A stretch of DNA of 64,000 nt from Chthoniobacteraceae bacterium (GTDB lineage: Bacteria; Verrucomicrobiota; Verrucomicrobiia; Chthoniobacterales; Chthoniobacteraceae). A program made the position numbers and the translations under genes. Location of the stretch: contig JANNWY010000033.1 of NCBI GenBank assembly GCA_031409335.1, positions 1-64,000 of the forward strand. Reading direction: 5' to 3'. Within the stretch, counting starts at the first letter, position 1. Each line of letters starts with the position of its first letter. Below the pieces are notes generated by a model, which saw nothing but the letters and a program-made list of their open reading frames with translations, was not told the origin of the DNA and made no database searches. Positions 17,770-27,409 of this stretch are shown here, in pieces.

Positions 17770-17827
17770 TCAGATCGAGGACATGATAAACCGCCCCGGA
17801 ATATTCAACGCGCGGTTTTCGAGCCAT
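17770..17827 (-). pseudogene. N-terminal fragment of RAYT transposase
   Basis: MARKPRVEYSGAVYHVLD matches the typical RAYT start (MARxxRxxxPGAxYHV), then degenerates. Confidence 0.7.
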
Positions 17828-18003
17828 GGGCAAAGACTCCACGCGAGAATCACCAAGCTGCGCAAGGGTAAACAAGCTCGATTCTAGAGCTGAGCCCGCT
17901 CCCTGCGCCACGGATGGTGGAAGAAGTTGCGTACGACAGGCGCCATTTCCCCGAATAAACATATTTGCTGCACGGGTGCGTGATTCCGTGTCACTCCGCG
18001 GAA

Positions 18004-18552
18004 ATGAAAATCCGTATTCTCCTCGTTGTCGCCGCCCTAACACTCATCACGGTCTCAGCCTTCGGCGCTGCCTGGGAGGGCCGGTATGTTGGCGTTTTGA
18101 CCGTTCAAAAATACGTGGCTCCTTTTGAGGGCGGGCTTTCCTCCAGCTACACGCTCAAAGCCGAAGCGCGGGTGTATCCCGACGGACGGATTATCATTCT
18201 CCCCACGATCGCGGAGAGTCTGTCTGCCGCGGCGAATCCGCAGAGCACCGTGGTCCGCGCAGTGCCTATCGAGCCGCAGCCAATCCCCCAGGGATGAGGA
18301 TCGCCGGTGCGTAATCTCCTTCCCTTGTCTTTGGGTATTCAGCGTCCTCGGGTTTCTGGGCTGCATTTTGATCTTCGTGCCATGCCGCCGGTTTTTACCT
18401 ACCTCGTGGAATCTCTCTATCCCGCCTTGGTCACCACTGAAGGCACCCTGCTCAAAATTCGCTATGAGACGAACCGCCGCAACGAAGCCAATAACATAGA
18501 CTTTAGCATTCCTTACACAGCGTTCAGCTTTGTCTTTCGCAAACAACAATGA
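18004..18552 (+). pseudogene. Secreted hypothetical protein interrupted by in-frame TGA (18295-18297)
   Basis: Signal peptide MKIRILLVVAALTLITVSAFG; ORFs 17965..18297 and 18307..18552 are in the same frame, separated by a single stop. Confidence 0.55.
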
Positions 18553-18703
18553 AGGGGCTGACCATACCCTTGCCGCTAATCGGCTACTTCTTTCACCCTC
18601 GGGGCTGAAAGGGTCGCGGGGAGGAAACAGAGGTCGTGAGACATTCGGTAGTGGATGTCGATTCTGGAAGCTGAAGGCTAAAACTTCGACACAGGATAAG
18701 TTG

Positions 18704-19102
18704 TCAGTGGGCCTGCGGAAAGTTTCCCGTGTCTCGTTTCCAGATCGGCACGTCCTGCTTCATCCGGTCGATGGTCGCGCCGCAAAACGCCAGCGCCTCG
18801 CCACGATGGGCGGCGAGCACCCGCATGAACATCGAAGCCTCGCCGACGGGCACCCAGCCGAGCCGGTGGATGAAGAGCACCGCGACAATCGGGTGCGCGA
18901 CGGCCAGTTCGCTGAAGATGCGCTCCAGATGCCGGCGCGCCATCGGCTCGTGCGCTTCGTATTCGAGTCCGGCCAGCGCCCGGCCTTGCTCCAGCTCGCG
19001 GACGATTCCGTGAAATTCCACGCACGCGCCGACCTCGCGCGACTCGGGACGGAGCAGCGGGACAATCAATGGGCTGTGCGTGAAAACGATCTCTGTCCGC
19101 AT
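18704..19102 (-). CDS. moaE: Molybdopterin synthase catalytic subunit
   Basis: GACVEFHGIVRE, LEYEAH, HRLGWVPVGEAS, AAHRGEAL, MKQDVPIWKR. Confidence 0.92.
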   Translation of the reverse strand: MRTEIVFTHSPLIVPLLRPESREVGACVEFHGIVRELEQGRALAGLEYEAHEPMARRHLERIFSELAVAHPIVAVLFIHRLGWVPVGEASMFMRVLAAHRGEALAFCGATIDRMKQDVPIWKRDTGNFPQAH

Positions 19103-19106
19103 CGCA

Positions 19107-19337
19107 TCATCCTCCGCTGACGGGCGGGATCAGCGCGATCTCGCGCGCATCCCCGATCGCGCGATCCCAGTCGGCATATTCCTCGTCCACTGCGACGCGC
19201 AGGTTTTCCGTGGAAAAACGCGGCTCGATCCGCGCAAGGATCGCGCGCGGAGATTCGTGCGCGGCGCATTCGAGGATGCGTTCGCGAAAGCCGAGCGCAT
19301 CGGCGGCATGGGCGAACGCGAGGAGTTTGACTTGCAT
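19107..19337 (-). CDS. moaD: Molybdopterin synthase sulfur carrier subunit
   Basis: MQVKLLAFA start, RVAVDEEY, C-terminal EIALIPPVSGG; adjacent to moaE. Confidence 0.92.
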   Translation of the reverse strand: MQVKLLAFAHAADALGFRERILECAAHESPRAILARIEPRFSTENLRVAVDEEYADWDRAIGDAREIALIPPVSGG

Positions 19338-19465
19338 CGCGGCTTTCGTAAATGCGCGTCCGCCATGCCGCAAGAGATTCGCGAGTCGGCGGCGCGCGCG
19401 CTTGGCTTGCGAGCGAGGTTGCGATCGACTGCGGGTCGCATGTTTCAGAATTCCACGACCGCATC

Positions 19466-20239
19466 ATGACGCACGAATTCTCGGCGTTGTTCCGTCCACG
19501 CTGGCCGATCCGGCATGTGCTGTTTGATTTCGATGGCACGCTGTCTTTCGTGCGGGCGGGATGGGCGGCGGTGATGACGGAGATGTTCATGGCTTTGCTC
19601 CCCGGTGCGGATCGCGTGTGCGTCGCGGATGGGATCATGGCCTTGAATGGAAAGGCGACGATTCACCAAATGGAATGGCTCGCCGCCCAGCGCCGCGAGC
19701 GCGGCCTGCCCGCCGGGATGAGCGCGGATTACCTCGCGGATTTCCTGCGCAGGCTCCAGCGCATGATCGATGAACGCCTCGCGGGTGATCGCGCAGCGCT
19801 GCTCGTCCCCGGCGCGCGCGAGCTGCTGGAAATGCTGACGGCGCGCGGGCTGACGCTGCACATCGCGAGTGGCACGGATGAAGCCGCCGTGCGCCGCGAG
19901 GCGGAGGCGCTGGGCATCGCGCATTTTTTTGGCGGACGCATCCACGGCGCGCGGGCGGATGGGTTGGGATTTTCCAAAATGGAAATCATCGCGGCGATCC
20001 TGCGCGACTACGATTGTCCCGGCGCGGGGCTGCTGTCATTTGGCGATGGTCACATCGAGACCGAAAATACCAAGCGCGTCGGCGGTCTCGCGGTGGCGGT
20101 GGCGAGCGATGAGGATGAGCCTGGGTCGGGTCGGATCGATGAGGGAAAACGCGCGCGATTGCTCGCGGCGGGTGCCGATGTGGTGATTGCAGATTATAGA
20201 AACGCCGATGCACTTCTCGAAATCCTGATCGCGCCATGA
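19466..20239 (+). CDS. HAD-superfamily hydrolase
   Basis: LFDFDGTLS motif I, IASGTD, SK, SFGDGHIE motif IV. Confidence 0.88.
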   Translation: MTHEFSALFRPRWPIRHVLFDFDGTLSFVRAGWAAVMTEMFMALLPGADRVCVADGIMALNGKATIHQMEWLAAQRRERGLPAGMSADYLADFLRRLQRMIDERLAGDRAALLVPGARELLEMLTARGLTLHIASGTDEAAVRREAEALGIAHFFGGRIHGARADGLGFSKMEIIAAILRDYDCPGAGLLSFGDGHIETENTKRVGGLAVAVASDEDEPGSGRIDEGKRARLLAAGADVVIADYRNADALLEILIAP

Positions 20240-21336
20240 AGCTCGACCTTCACCGACTCCGCGTCCGACCACTCGCCGAACGCCACAGCCTCAGCCGCAT
20301 CGAGGAAATCCTGATCGACCCCGCCGCCGAGCCGCCGCCTGCCAGCGAAGTCGTGATGGAATGCGCCGCCCGCATCATCGCGGCGCGAAAGCGGGGAGCC
20401 GCGGTGATCCTAATGTATGGCGCGCATTTGATCCGCAACGGCGCGGGCCTGCTGATCGCTGAAATGATGGAGCGCGGCTGGCTCACGCACTTGGCGACGA
20501 ATGGCGCGGGAGCGATTCACGATTGGGAATTCGCGTGGCTCGGACGCTCGACCGAAAGCGTCAGCGAAAATGTGGCGGACGGTACCTTCGGCGCTTGGGA
20601 TGAAACCGGGCGAAATTTGCACCTCGCGCTGCTCGCGGGCGGACTCGAGGGCGAAGGGTACGGCGCGGCGATCGGACGTTTCATCCAGGAAGACGGGGTG
20701 ACTTTACCATCTTCAGAGTCCCTGAAACACGCACTCACCGCTCCTGACGATGCACGCGCGCCAGCTCAAGCCGACCTCCTCGCGGCCATGCGCCAGCACG
20801 CCCTCGCGGACGGCAGGCACGAGGTGCGGCATCCGTGGAAACATGCGTCGCCACTCGCGCAAGCGTGGCGTCTCGGCGTCCCGGCGACGGTTCATCCAGG
20901 CATTGGTTACGACATCATCGCGTGTCATCCGATGTTCAATGGCGCAGTGATCGGACGCGCCGCCGATGTGGATTTCCGACGATTCGCCGGAGCGGTGGAA
21001 AATCTCGATGGCGGCGTGGTCCTTTCCGTCGGCTCCGCCATCATGGCTCCGCAGATCTTCGAGAAAAGTCTGAGCTGCGTTCACAATCTGCGATTTCAGG
21101 AAGGCCGCGAACGGGTCCGGGATCACAGTATTTTCGTCGTCGATTTGCAAGACGGTGGCGGCTGGGACTGGACGCACGGCGAGCCGCCAAAGACAAACCC
21201 CGCGTACTACCTGCGCTTCTGCAAAAGCTTTTCCCGGATGGGCGGTGCGATGCACTACGTCCAGGGCGACAACGCGGCCTTCATCCACGGATTGCTCGGC
21301 GCCTTGCGGCAAGGCATTGCAATCGGGGCGCGATAG
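20236..21336 (+). CDS. Conserved protein of deoxyhypusine-synthase-like (GSU2086-type) family
   Basis: MYGAHLIRNG, LATNGAGAIHDWE, TVHPGIGYDII, SVGSAIMAPQIFEKSLS; ATGA overlap with the HAD gene. Confidence 0.65.
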   Translation: MKLDLHRLRVRPLAERHSLSRIEEILIDPAAEPPPASEVVMECAARIIAARKRGAAVILMYGAHLIRNGAGLLIAEMMERGWLTHLATNGAGAIHDWEFAWLGRSTESVSENVADGTFGAWDETGRNLHLALLAGGLEGEGYGAAIGRFIQEDGVTLPSSESLKHALTAPDDARAPAQADLLAAMRQHALADGRHEVRHPWKHASPLAQAWRLGVPATVHPGIGYDIIACHPMFNGAVIGRAADVDFRRFAGAVENLDGGVVLSVGSAIMAPQIFEKSLSCVHNLRFQEGRERVRDHSIFVVDLQDGGGWDWTHGEPPKTNPAYYLRFCKSFSRMGGAMHYVQGDNAAFIHGLLGALRQGIAIGAR

Positions 21337-21352
21337 GCCATCATCCTGCCTT

Positions 21353-21667
21353 ATGAAAAAGCTCCTGCTGCTCACCAGTCTGCTCGCTGCGATCGCCCTC
21401 CCTGCGTTTGCTGAAGATACCAAAATCGAAGGCGAAGCCGTATGCGCCAAGTGCAACTTGAAACAAGTCAGCGCGTGCCAGGCCGCGATCACCGTGACCG
21501 GCGCGGATGGGAAAAAGGAAACGATCCTCGCGGACATCAACGATGTCGCGAAGGCATTCCATAAAAACATCTGCATGGACACGAAGAAAGTGAAGGCCGA
21601 GGGGGTCATCACCGAAAAGGACGGCAAGAAAACGATCGCCCTTACCAAGATCGTCGTGGCCGAATAG
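21353..21667 (+). CDS. Small secreted cysteine-containing protein (DUF6370-like)
   Basis: Signal peptide MKKLLLLTSLLAAIALPAFA; GEAVCAKC..C..FHKNIC. Confidence 0.7.
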   Translation: MKKLLLLTSLLAAIALPAFAEDTKIEGEAVCAKCNLKQVSACQAAITVTGADGKKETILADINDVAKAFHKNICMDTKKVKAEGVITEKDGKKTIALTKIVVAE

Positions 21668-21694
21668 GCGGTATTCTTCGCGTCATCGCGAAGC

Positions 21695-21725
21695 GGGACG
21701 CCCGATCAGCGGGCGTCCCTTTTTT
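21695..21725 (+). terminator. Intrinsic terminator
   Basis: GGGACGCCCG-atcag-CGGGCGTCCC-TTTTTT. Confidence 0.88.
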
Positions 21726-21813
21726 GTATTTCCGGCACCTTCAGTTGCGCCTTGCTGAGCCGCTGCTGAGTAGTTCCCAGGCGGTGGAAAAACCAGGGCA
21801 GCTTGCCCGATGT

Positions 21814-21831
21814 CTGTAACAGGATTGTAAC
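21814..21831 (+). promoter_or_regulatory. Pho-box-like direct repeat upstream of FhaC-like gene
   Basis: CTGTAAC-agga-TTGTAAC, 11-bp period. Confidence 0.65.
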
Positions 21832-21899
21832 AAGCGGCGGCTGGATAGAGTCGTTGGCCAACTTATACAAGCTGCCACCGCTACCAACCCACCATTGGC

Positions 21900-23591
21900 G
21901 TGCCCTACATTTTTTCACCTCGCATTCCATTCAATCGACTCGCCTTCGCGTGTGGCAGTGTAGTCGTGGCGTGGCTGGGATATTCTGGCATGGTTTTCGG
22001 TGCGGAGACACGTTCCGCAGTCGCGACGCTAGGCGACAGCGAGAATGCGGCGACCACGGAAGCTCCCCAACGGCCCATATACATCCGGGAATATCGGGTC
22101 ACTGGGGCGCATCGGCTGCCTGCAATTGAAGTTCAAGAGGCCGTGTATCCCTATCTCGGGCCGGGCCGGACGGAGCGGGATGTCGAGCAGGCGCGCGCCG
22201 CATTGGAGAAAGTGTATTTCGACAAGGGCTTCCAAACCGTAAGCGTGGAGGTTCCACTCCAGCAGGCGAGTCGGGGCATTGTCATTTTGCAGGTGGTCGA
22301 GGCGAAAGTCGGGCGGCTTCGCGTGCGTGGCTCGCGCTACTTTTCCCTCGCTGCGATCAAGCGGCAGGCACCGTCCGTCGCGGAGGGAAGCGTGCCGAAC
22401 TTCAATGACATCACGCGCGATATTGTGGCTCTCAACAAGTTCTCAGACCGGCGGGTCACGCCGACGCTGCGCCCCGGAGTGGAGCCTCGTACAGTGGACA
22501 TCGATTTGAATGTAAAGGATACCTTCCCGCTGCACGGCAGTATCGAGCTAAACAACCGCTACTCGGCGAACACGCCCCAGCTCCGGCTCAGCGGCTCGGT
22601 TTCCTACACGAACCTCTGGCAGTTGGGCCACACTGCCGGTGCCAGCTTCCAGGTTTCGCCGGAAGACTTGGCGAAGGTGAAAGTCTTCACCGCCTACTAT
22701 CTCGCACAAGTCCCCGGCGTCGATTGGCTGAGCCTGCTCGTGCAGGGTGTGAAGCAGGATAGCGATGTCTCGACGCTCGGTGGCGCGGCAGTCACGGGCC
22801 GCGGCGAGACGATCGGCGGACGGGCGATCATCGCGCTGCCGGGACGCGAAGGGTTTTACCAATCGCTGACGGCAGGCGTGGATTACAAGCGCTACGATCA
22901 GAATGTCATCGTCGGGACAACCACCGACCGCACGCCGATTTACTACTACCCATTCACCCTGAACTATAGCGGAACGTGGGTTGGAAAAAAAAGTCTCACG
23001 GAACTGAACGCCGGCGTGACGATGGGTCTGCGCGGCATGGGTAGCCGCCAAAGCAGTTTTGATCGCAGTCGCTTTCGCGCTGACGGGAACTACTTTTTCT
23101 TTCGCGGCGACCTCGCGCGCACGCAGGATTTGCCGCGAGGTTTCGTGGTCTATGGAAAAGTGCAGGGCCAGGCATCGGGCGGGCCGCTGGTCAGCAACGA
23201 ACAGTTTGCCGGCGGCGGCCTCGGCACTGCGCGCGGCTATCTCGAAGCCGAGGCGGTCGGTGACAATGGCATATTCGGCACGCTCGAACTCCGCAGCCCA
23301 TCCTTCCTCGCCACGACCCGCAAAGTCGGCGAGGGCGATTCCGCGAGCGAGAAGCCTACCGGCAACGAATGGCGCTTCTACGCCTTCTGCGACGCGGGTA
23401 CGCTCACCCTGCACGATCCGCTGCCACAGCAGGAATCCAGTTTCCATCTGGCGAGCGTCGGCATCGGCAGCCGCATCCAGCTTTTCGATCACTTCAACGG
23501 TTCGGTCGATCTCGCGATGCCCTTTACAAGCCTCACGGACACTGGCTTGCGGGACACCCGCGTCTCCTTCCGAGTCTGGGCCGATTTTTGA
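21900..23591 (+). CDS. ShlB/FhaC/HecB-family two-partner secretion outer-membrane transporter (PdtB-like)
   Basis: POTRA motifs IREYRVTG, LEKVYFDKGFQTVSVEVP; barrel; EQFAGGGLGTARGY (VRGY loop); C-terminal WADF. Exact start uncertain. Confidence 0.9.
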   Translation: MPYIFSPRIPFNRLAFACGSVVVAWLGYSGMVFGAETRSAVATLGDSENAATTEAPQRPIYIREYRVTGAHRLPAIEVQEAVYPYLGPGRTERDVEQARAALEKVYFDKGFQTVSVEVPLQQASRGIVILQVVEAKVGRLRVRGSRYFSLAAIKRQAPSVAEGSVPNFNDITRDIVALNKFSDRRVTPTLRPGVEPRTVDIDLNVKDTFPLHGSIELNNRYSANTPQLRLSGSVSYTNLWQLGHTAGASFQVSPEDLAKVKVFTAYYLAQVPGVDWLSLLVQGVKQDSDVSTLGGAAVTGRGETIGGRAIIALPGREGFYQSLTAGVDYKRYDQNVIVGTTTDRTPIYYYPFTLNYSGTWVGKKSLTELNAGVTMGLRGMGSRQSSFDRSRFRADGNYFFFRGDLARTQDLPRGFVVYGKVQGQASGGPLVSNEQFAGGGLGTARGYLEAEAVGDNGIFGTLELRSPSFLATTRKVGEGDSASEKPTGNEWRFYAFCDAGTLTLHDPLPQQESSFHLASVGIGSRIQLFDHFNGSVDLAMPFTSLTDTGLRDTRVSFRVWADF

Positions 23592-23778
23592 TCTGCGTTC
23601 TGATCGGCAGTCGATTGCAATCCTTGGTCCCCAGGCGTGGCGAACTCACCGCTTCCTGATACGCCGTCACCGGCGCAAGCAGCACTTCGCCAACCAACGC
23701 GAGAATCGGTTTGGCGCTGTGCGCGTGGGTTGGATTCATGCGGACGGCCGCATTACTGAAGTGGTGTTTGATTCGCAA

Positions 23779-23807
23779 TCGTCACACAAGCGACATGCGT
23801 TTGTCAC
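23779..23807 (+). promoter_or_regulatory. Pho-box-like array upstream of DUF2341/ExbB gene
   Basis: TCGTCAC (23779), GCGACAT (23790), TTGTCAC (23801): 11-bp period. Confidence 0.6.
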
Positions 23808-23833
23808 AATGCCGCGTTTTGTTTGTGGAAAGA

Positions 23834-25702
23834 ATGTTATCGTTTTCCCGCCCTCTCTTCCCATTGCGCGCCTGTTTGTCGCTTGCCGTGCTGTTTGCCC
23901 TCTGCCTCTGTGCCAATGCGAAGGACAAATGGTGGGACGATGCATGGACTGCGCGCAAGAGCGTCACTGTCGATACGACCCAAACCGGCGCGAACATTAG
24001 CGAACCGATCGGCGGCGCGACGGTGCTCATCCGACTTTACGATGCCAACTACCCTGGGACGGCGAAGGACGATCTCAGTGATCTGCGCTTTGTCGCGGAG
24101 GACAACAAGACGCTGCTATCCTTCCATGTGGAGAAAATTGACTCTCTCCTTGGCGAAGCATTTGTCTGGGTGAAACTGCCCGATGTGAAGCCGAATGCGA
24201 AGACGGCGTTCTGGATGTACTACGGATCAAACGACGCCAAGGCCATCAAGGTCGAGGATCCGAAAGCCTGCTACGACGCCGACACCGTGCTCGTGTTTCA
24301 TTTCAGCGAAAGCGGACAGCCCGCGGGGGACTCCACGAAAAACGGCAACGGCGCCGAGGCGACCGCCGGCAAGGCCGATGGGGCGCAGATCGGCGGCGGC
24401 ACTGCTTTCAACGGTGCCAGCCCGGTGCCAATCACCGCGTCGCCCTCGCTACTGTGGACCGAGGGCAATGCGGCGACGATGAGCGCTTGGGTAAAGATCA
24501 GCGCGGCGCAGCCGGATGCGGTGATCCTCAGTCGGCGCGAGGATGAAAAATCCTTCGTGCTTGGCGTGAACAATGGAACGCCGTTTATCGAAATCGGCAG
24601 CAAGCGCGGTCTGTCCGCGCAGCCGCTGACGCCCGGTTCGTGGGCGCATCTGGCCGTCGTCTGCGAGGGTGCGAAGACGACGCTCTATGTGAATGGCGAG
24701 CAGTCAGCCGCGCTCGGCGCAGGCCTGCCGGGAATGAACAAGCAGTTCACGCTCGGCGGGGATACGAAAGCAGGCGCGACTGGCTTTGCGGGTGAACTAG
24801 ACGAATTCCAAATCCACAAGAGCGCGCGTCCGCCAGGCTTCGTCCAGCTCGCCGCGTTTGGCCAGGGTGGCGACAAGGTCGCGAAGGTGATCGTGATGGG
24901 TGAGCATGAGCAGCCGACGAACTGGATGAGCTGGCTGACGACGGGTCACTTTGGCGTCATCATTAAGAACCTCACCTTTGACGGATGGGTAGTCATCGTG
25001 ATTCTCGCGGTCATGGCGGTGCTCAGTTGGTATGTGATGGTCAGCAAGACTCGCTATCTCAACGGGCTGACAGCGGGAAATGAAGTGTTCATGGAGCAGT
25101 GGCGGTTCGTCGCCGCGGACCTGACGGTGCTGGACGATGATGACGTGGAAAAATCGAGGACACTTGGCGGGCGGGTAACGACAGAGAATCAAAAGAAGAT
25201 GCGCCGCTCATCGGTCTATCGCATCTACCATATTGGGGTGGAGGAGATCCGCCATCGTATCAGCGAGGACCGGGCGCAGGGGATCCGGCGCGGGCTGGCG
25301 GGCAGGTCGATCCAGGCGATCCGCGCGGCGCTCGATGGCGGTCTCGTGCGCGAGACGCAGAAGATCAACAAGCTCATCGTGCTACTCACGATTTGCATCT
25401 CCGGCGGACCGTTCCTCGGGCTGCTGGGCACCGTGATCGGAGTGATGATTACCTTCGCTGCGGTCGCCGCCGCGGGCGAAGTGAATGTGAACGCCATCGC
25501 GCCAGGCATCGCGGCGGCGCTGCTTGCGACGGTCGCTGGACTCGCGGTCGCAATCCCCGCGCTATTTGGCTATAACTATATCCTTTCCCGCGTGAAGGAC
25601 GCGAAGGACGACATGCACATCTTCATCGACGAGTTCGTGACGAAGATGGCCGAGTTTTACAAGGAGAAGGGCAACGAGCGAGACGGCGGCAGCGGACACT
25701 GA
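23834..25702 (+). CDS. exbB: DUF2341 + LamG-like + MotA/TolQ/ExbB proton-channel fusion protein
   Basis: Signal peptide, WWDDAW..DLRFVAEDNKTLLSFHVE (DUF2341), WAHLAVV..LYVNG..GELDE (LamG), ISGGPFLGLLGTVIGVM..IAPGIAAALLATVAGLAVAIPA (ExbB). Confidence 0.9.
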   Translation: MLSFSRPLFPLRACLSLAVLFALCLCANAKDKWWDDAWTARKSVTVDTTQTGANISEPIGGATVLIRLYDANYPGTAKDDLSDLRFVAEDNKTLLSFHVEKIDSLLGEAFVWVKLPDVKPNAKTAFWMYYGSNDAKAIKVEDPKACYDADTVLVFHFSESGQPAGDSTKNGNGAEATAGKADGAQIGGGTAFNGASPVPITASPSLLWTEGNAATMSAWVKISAAQPDAVILSRREDEKSFVLGVNNGTPFIEIGSKRGLSAQPLTPGSWAHLAVVCEGAKTTLYVNGEQSAALGAGLPGMNKQFTLGGDTKAGATGFAGELDEFQIHKSARPPGFVQLAAFGQGGDKVAKVIVMGEHEQPTNWMSWLTTGHFGVIIKNLTFDGWVVIVILAVMAVLSWYVMVSKTRYLNGLTAGNEVFMEQWRFVAADLTVLDDDDVEKSRTLGGRVTTENQKKMRRSSVYRIYHIGVEEIRHRISEDRAQGIRRGLAGRSIQAIRAALDGGLVRETQKINKLIVLLTICISGGPFLGLLGTVIGVMITFAAVAAAGEVNVNAIAPGIAAALLATVAGLAVAIPALFGYNYILSRVKDAKDDMHIFIDEFVTKMAEFYKEKGNERDGGSGH

Positions 25703-25712
25703 GGAAAAGGCC

Positions 25713-26114
25713 ATGCAAATCCAGGATGACAAGCCTTACGATGACATCAACATCACGCCGATGCTCGATCTCGCGTACGTGCTGCTGGTCATCTTCATCC
25801 TCATGTGTACCGCGGCGGTGCAGGGATTGAAAGCCGACCTGCCGCAAGGCAGCAAAGGCACCAAGAGCCTCGCCGAGCGGAAAGTCCGGGCGATCACCGT
25901 CAATACCGAGGGTAAAGTTTTCCTCGACACGTCGCCAGTCACACTCAGCGAACTCGAAGCGCGGCTGGCGCAGATCAAGGCGGAAAACCCGAACGTGCCG
26001 ATCGTCGTGAAGGGTGATCGCGTGGCGCAATATCAGGGCATCATGGATGTGCTCAACGTCGTCGGGCAGTGCGGCATTACCCAAGTCGGCCTGGCCACCA
26101 AAGCCGCGAAATAG
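25713..26114 (+). CDS. exbD: Biopolymer transporter ExbD, copy 1
   Basis: INITPMLDLAYVLLVIFI, KGDRVAQYQGIMDVL. Confidence 0.92.
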   Translation: MQIQDDKPYDDINITPMLDLAYVLLVIFILMCTAAVQGLKADLPQGSKGTKSLAERKVRAITVNTEGKVFLDTSPVTLSELEARLAQIKAENPNVPIVVKGDRVAQYQGIMDVLNVVGQCGITQVGLATKAAK

Positions 26115-26131
26115 CTGTCAGCCAACCCGCC

Positions 26132-26539
26132 ATGCAAATCCAGGACGACAAACCATACGATGAGATCAACATCACGCCGATGCTCGATCTAGCCTATGTG
26201 TTGCTGGTCATCTTCATCCTGATGACGACGGCGACGGTGCAAGGGATCAAGGCCAATCTGCCGCGCGGCAGCAACGCGCCGAAGAAGCAGACCGACAAGA
26301 ACAAGGTGAAGGCCATCGCCGTGGACAATGCGGGCAAGATCTATCTTGACCGCGAGGAAGTGACTCTTGCCATCCTCGAAGCGCGGCTGACACAGGCCAA
26401 GGCGGATAACCCGGATGTTCCAGTCATCATCAAGGGTGACAGTGGGACGCAGTATCAAAGCGTGACAGATGTGCTGGGTGTCGTCGTCAAAATCGGCATC
26501 ACCCAAGTCGGCCTCGCAACGAAGGCGGCTGGCAGATAA
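26132..26539 (+). CDS. exbD: Biopolymer transporter ExbD, copy 2
   Basis: INITPMLDLAYVLLVIFI, KGDSGTQYQSVTDVL; first ~30 aa almost identical to copy 1. Confidence 0.92.
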   Translation: MQIQDDKPYDEINITPMLDLAYVLLVIFILMTTATVQGIKANLPRGSNAPKKQTDKNKVKAIAVDNAGKIYLDREEVTLAILEARLTQAKADNPDVPVIIKGDSGTQYQSVTDVLGVVVKIGITQVGLATKAAGR

Positions 26540-26557
26540 CTCGACAAGCCTATTCCC

Positions 26558-27310
26558 ATGAACCCGAACCCTGACGATAAAGGCGGATTTACCACGATCG
26601 AAACGAACGTTTCACCGAATCGAAAAACCGCGCCCGCGCATCCTCCCGCGCATTCGGATTGGGGGGACGACGACGTAAAAGTGACGGGATTCAAGAAATG
26701 GCGGATGCCAGTCTTTGTGGGATTGCTCACGCTCACTGGCATCGGCTACGCCGTCAAAACGCTCTCGAAAGCGGACGGGAGCGGGGTGAGGAAAGAGAAT
26801 GTGACAATGGTACAGATTCAACTTCCGCCACCACCACCGCCACCTCCGCCACCGCCGCCTCAGACGATGAAAGAGGAAGAGATGATCAAGCAGGAGGAAG
26901 ACAAGGAAGAAGAGCCCGACACAGCACCTGTGATCGACACGGCCTTGAAAGGACCGGCAAGTGGCGGTCTGCAAATCGCCCAGCAAAAGCGGGGCAATTT
27001 TTTCGGTAAGCGCCCCGAGAGCAGCAAGACGAAGTGGGGCTGGTACGCAGCCCAGGTGCAGACAACCATTGCGGATATTCTCAAGCGGAATCCCCGCACG
27101 AAGATGGCCGAAGTGCGGATCGAAGTCCGGATTTGGGCCGATTCTTCGACTGGCCGTGTGATTCGGGCCACCCTCGGTAGTTCGACGGGTGACCCGGGGA
27201 TGGATGCCGCCATCGTCGAGGCACTCAAAGGTGCGCAACTCGCGCAGCCACCGCCGGAGGGAATGCCGATGCCGATCGTGATGCGGGTGACGGCGCGCAA
27301 GCAAAAATAG
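26558..27310 (+). CDS. TonB/TolA-like energy transducer
   Basis: Single TM anchor, poly-Pro and Glu-rich linker, TonB C-terminal domain (VRIWADSSTGRV..SSTGDPGMDAAI..PPPEGMPMPI). Confidence 0.85.
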   Translation: MNPNPDDKGGFTTIETNVSPNRKTAPAHPPAHSDWGDDDVKVTGFKKWRMPVFVGLLTLTGIGYAVKTLSKADGSGVRKENVTMVQIQLPPPPPPPPPPPPQTMKEEEMIKQEEDKEEEPDTAPVIDTALKGPASGGLQIAQQKRGNFFGKRPESSKTKWGWYAAQVQTTIADILKRNPRTKMAEVRIEVRIWADSSTGRVIRATLGSSTGDPGMDAAIVEALKGAQLAQPPPEGMPMPIVMRVTARKQK

Positions 27311-27342
27311 TTTCCCTGATCATTCCCAGAAAACCGGGCGCA

Positions 27343-27382
27343 TTGTTTCACCGTTGTCACCGACGCGTCACTTAGTTGTCAC
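27343..27382 (+). promoter_or_regulatory. Pho-box-like array upstream of putative porin
   Basis: TTGTTTC (27343), TTGTCAC (27354), GCGTCAC (27365), TTGTCAC (27376): 11-bp period. Confidence 0.7.
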
Positions 27383-27409
27383 AATTCTGCTGTGACTTTC
27401 CCAGTTCAC

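Noticed and set aside
26824..26860. CCG/CCA triplet run; also PGA repeats near 63645-63675
   Set aside because: Ordinary coding low-complexity linkers (TonB poly-Pro, Pro-Gly-Ala).
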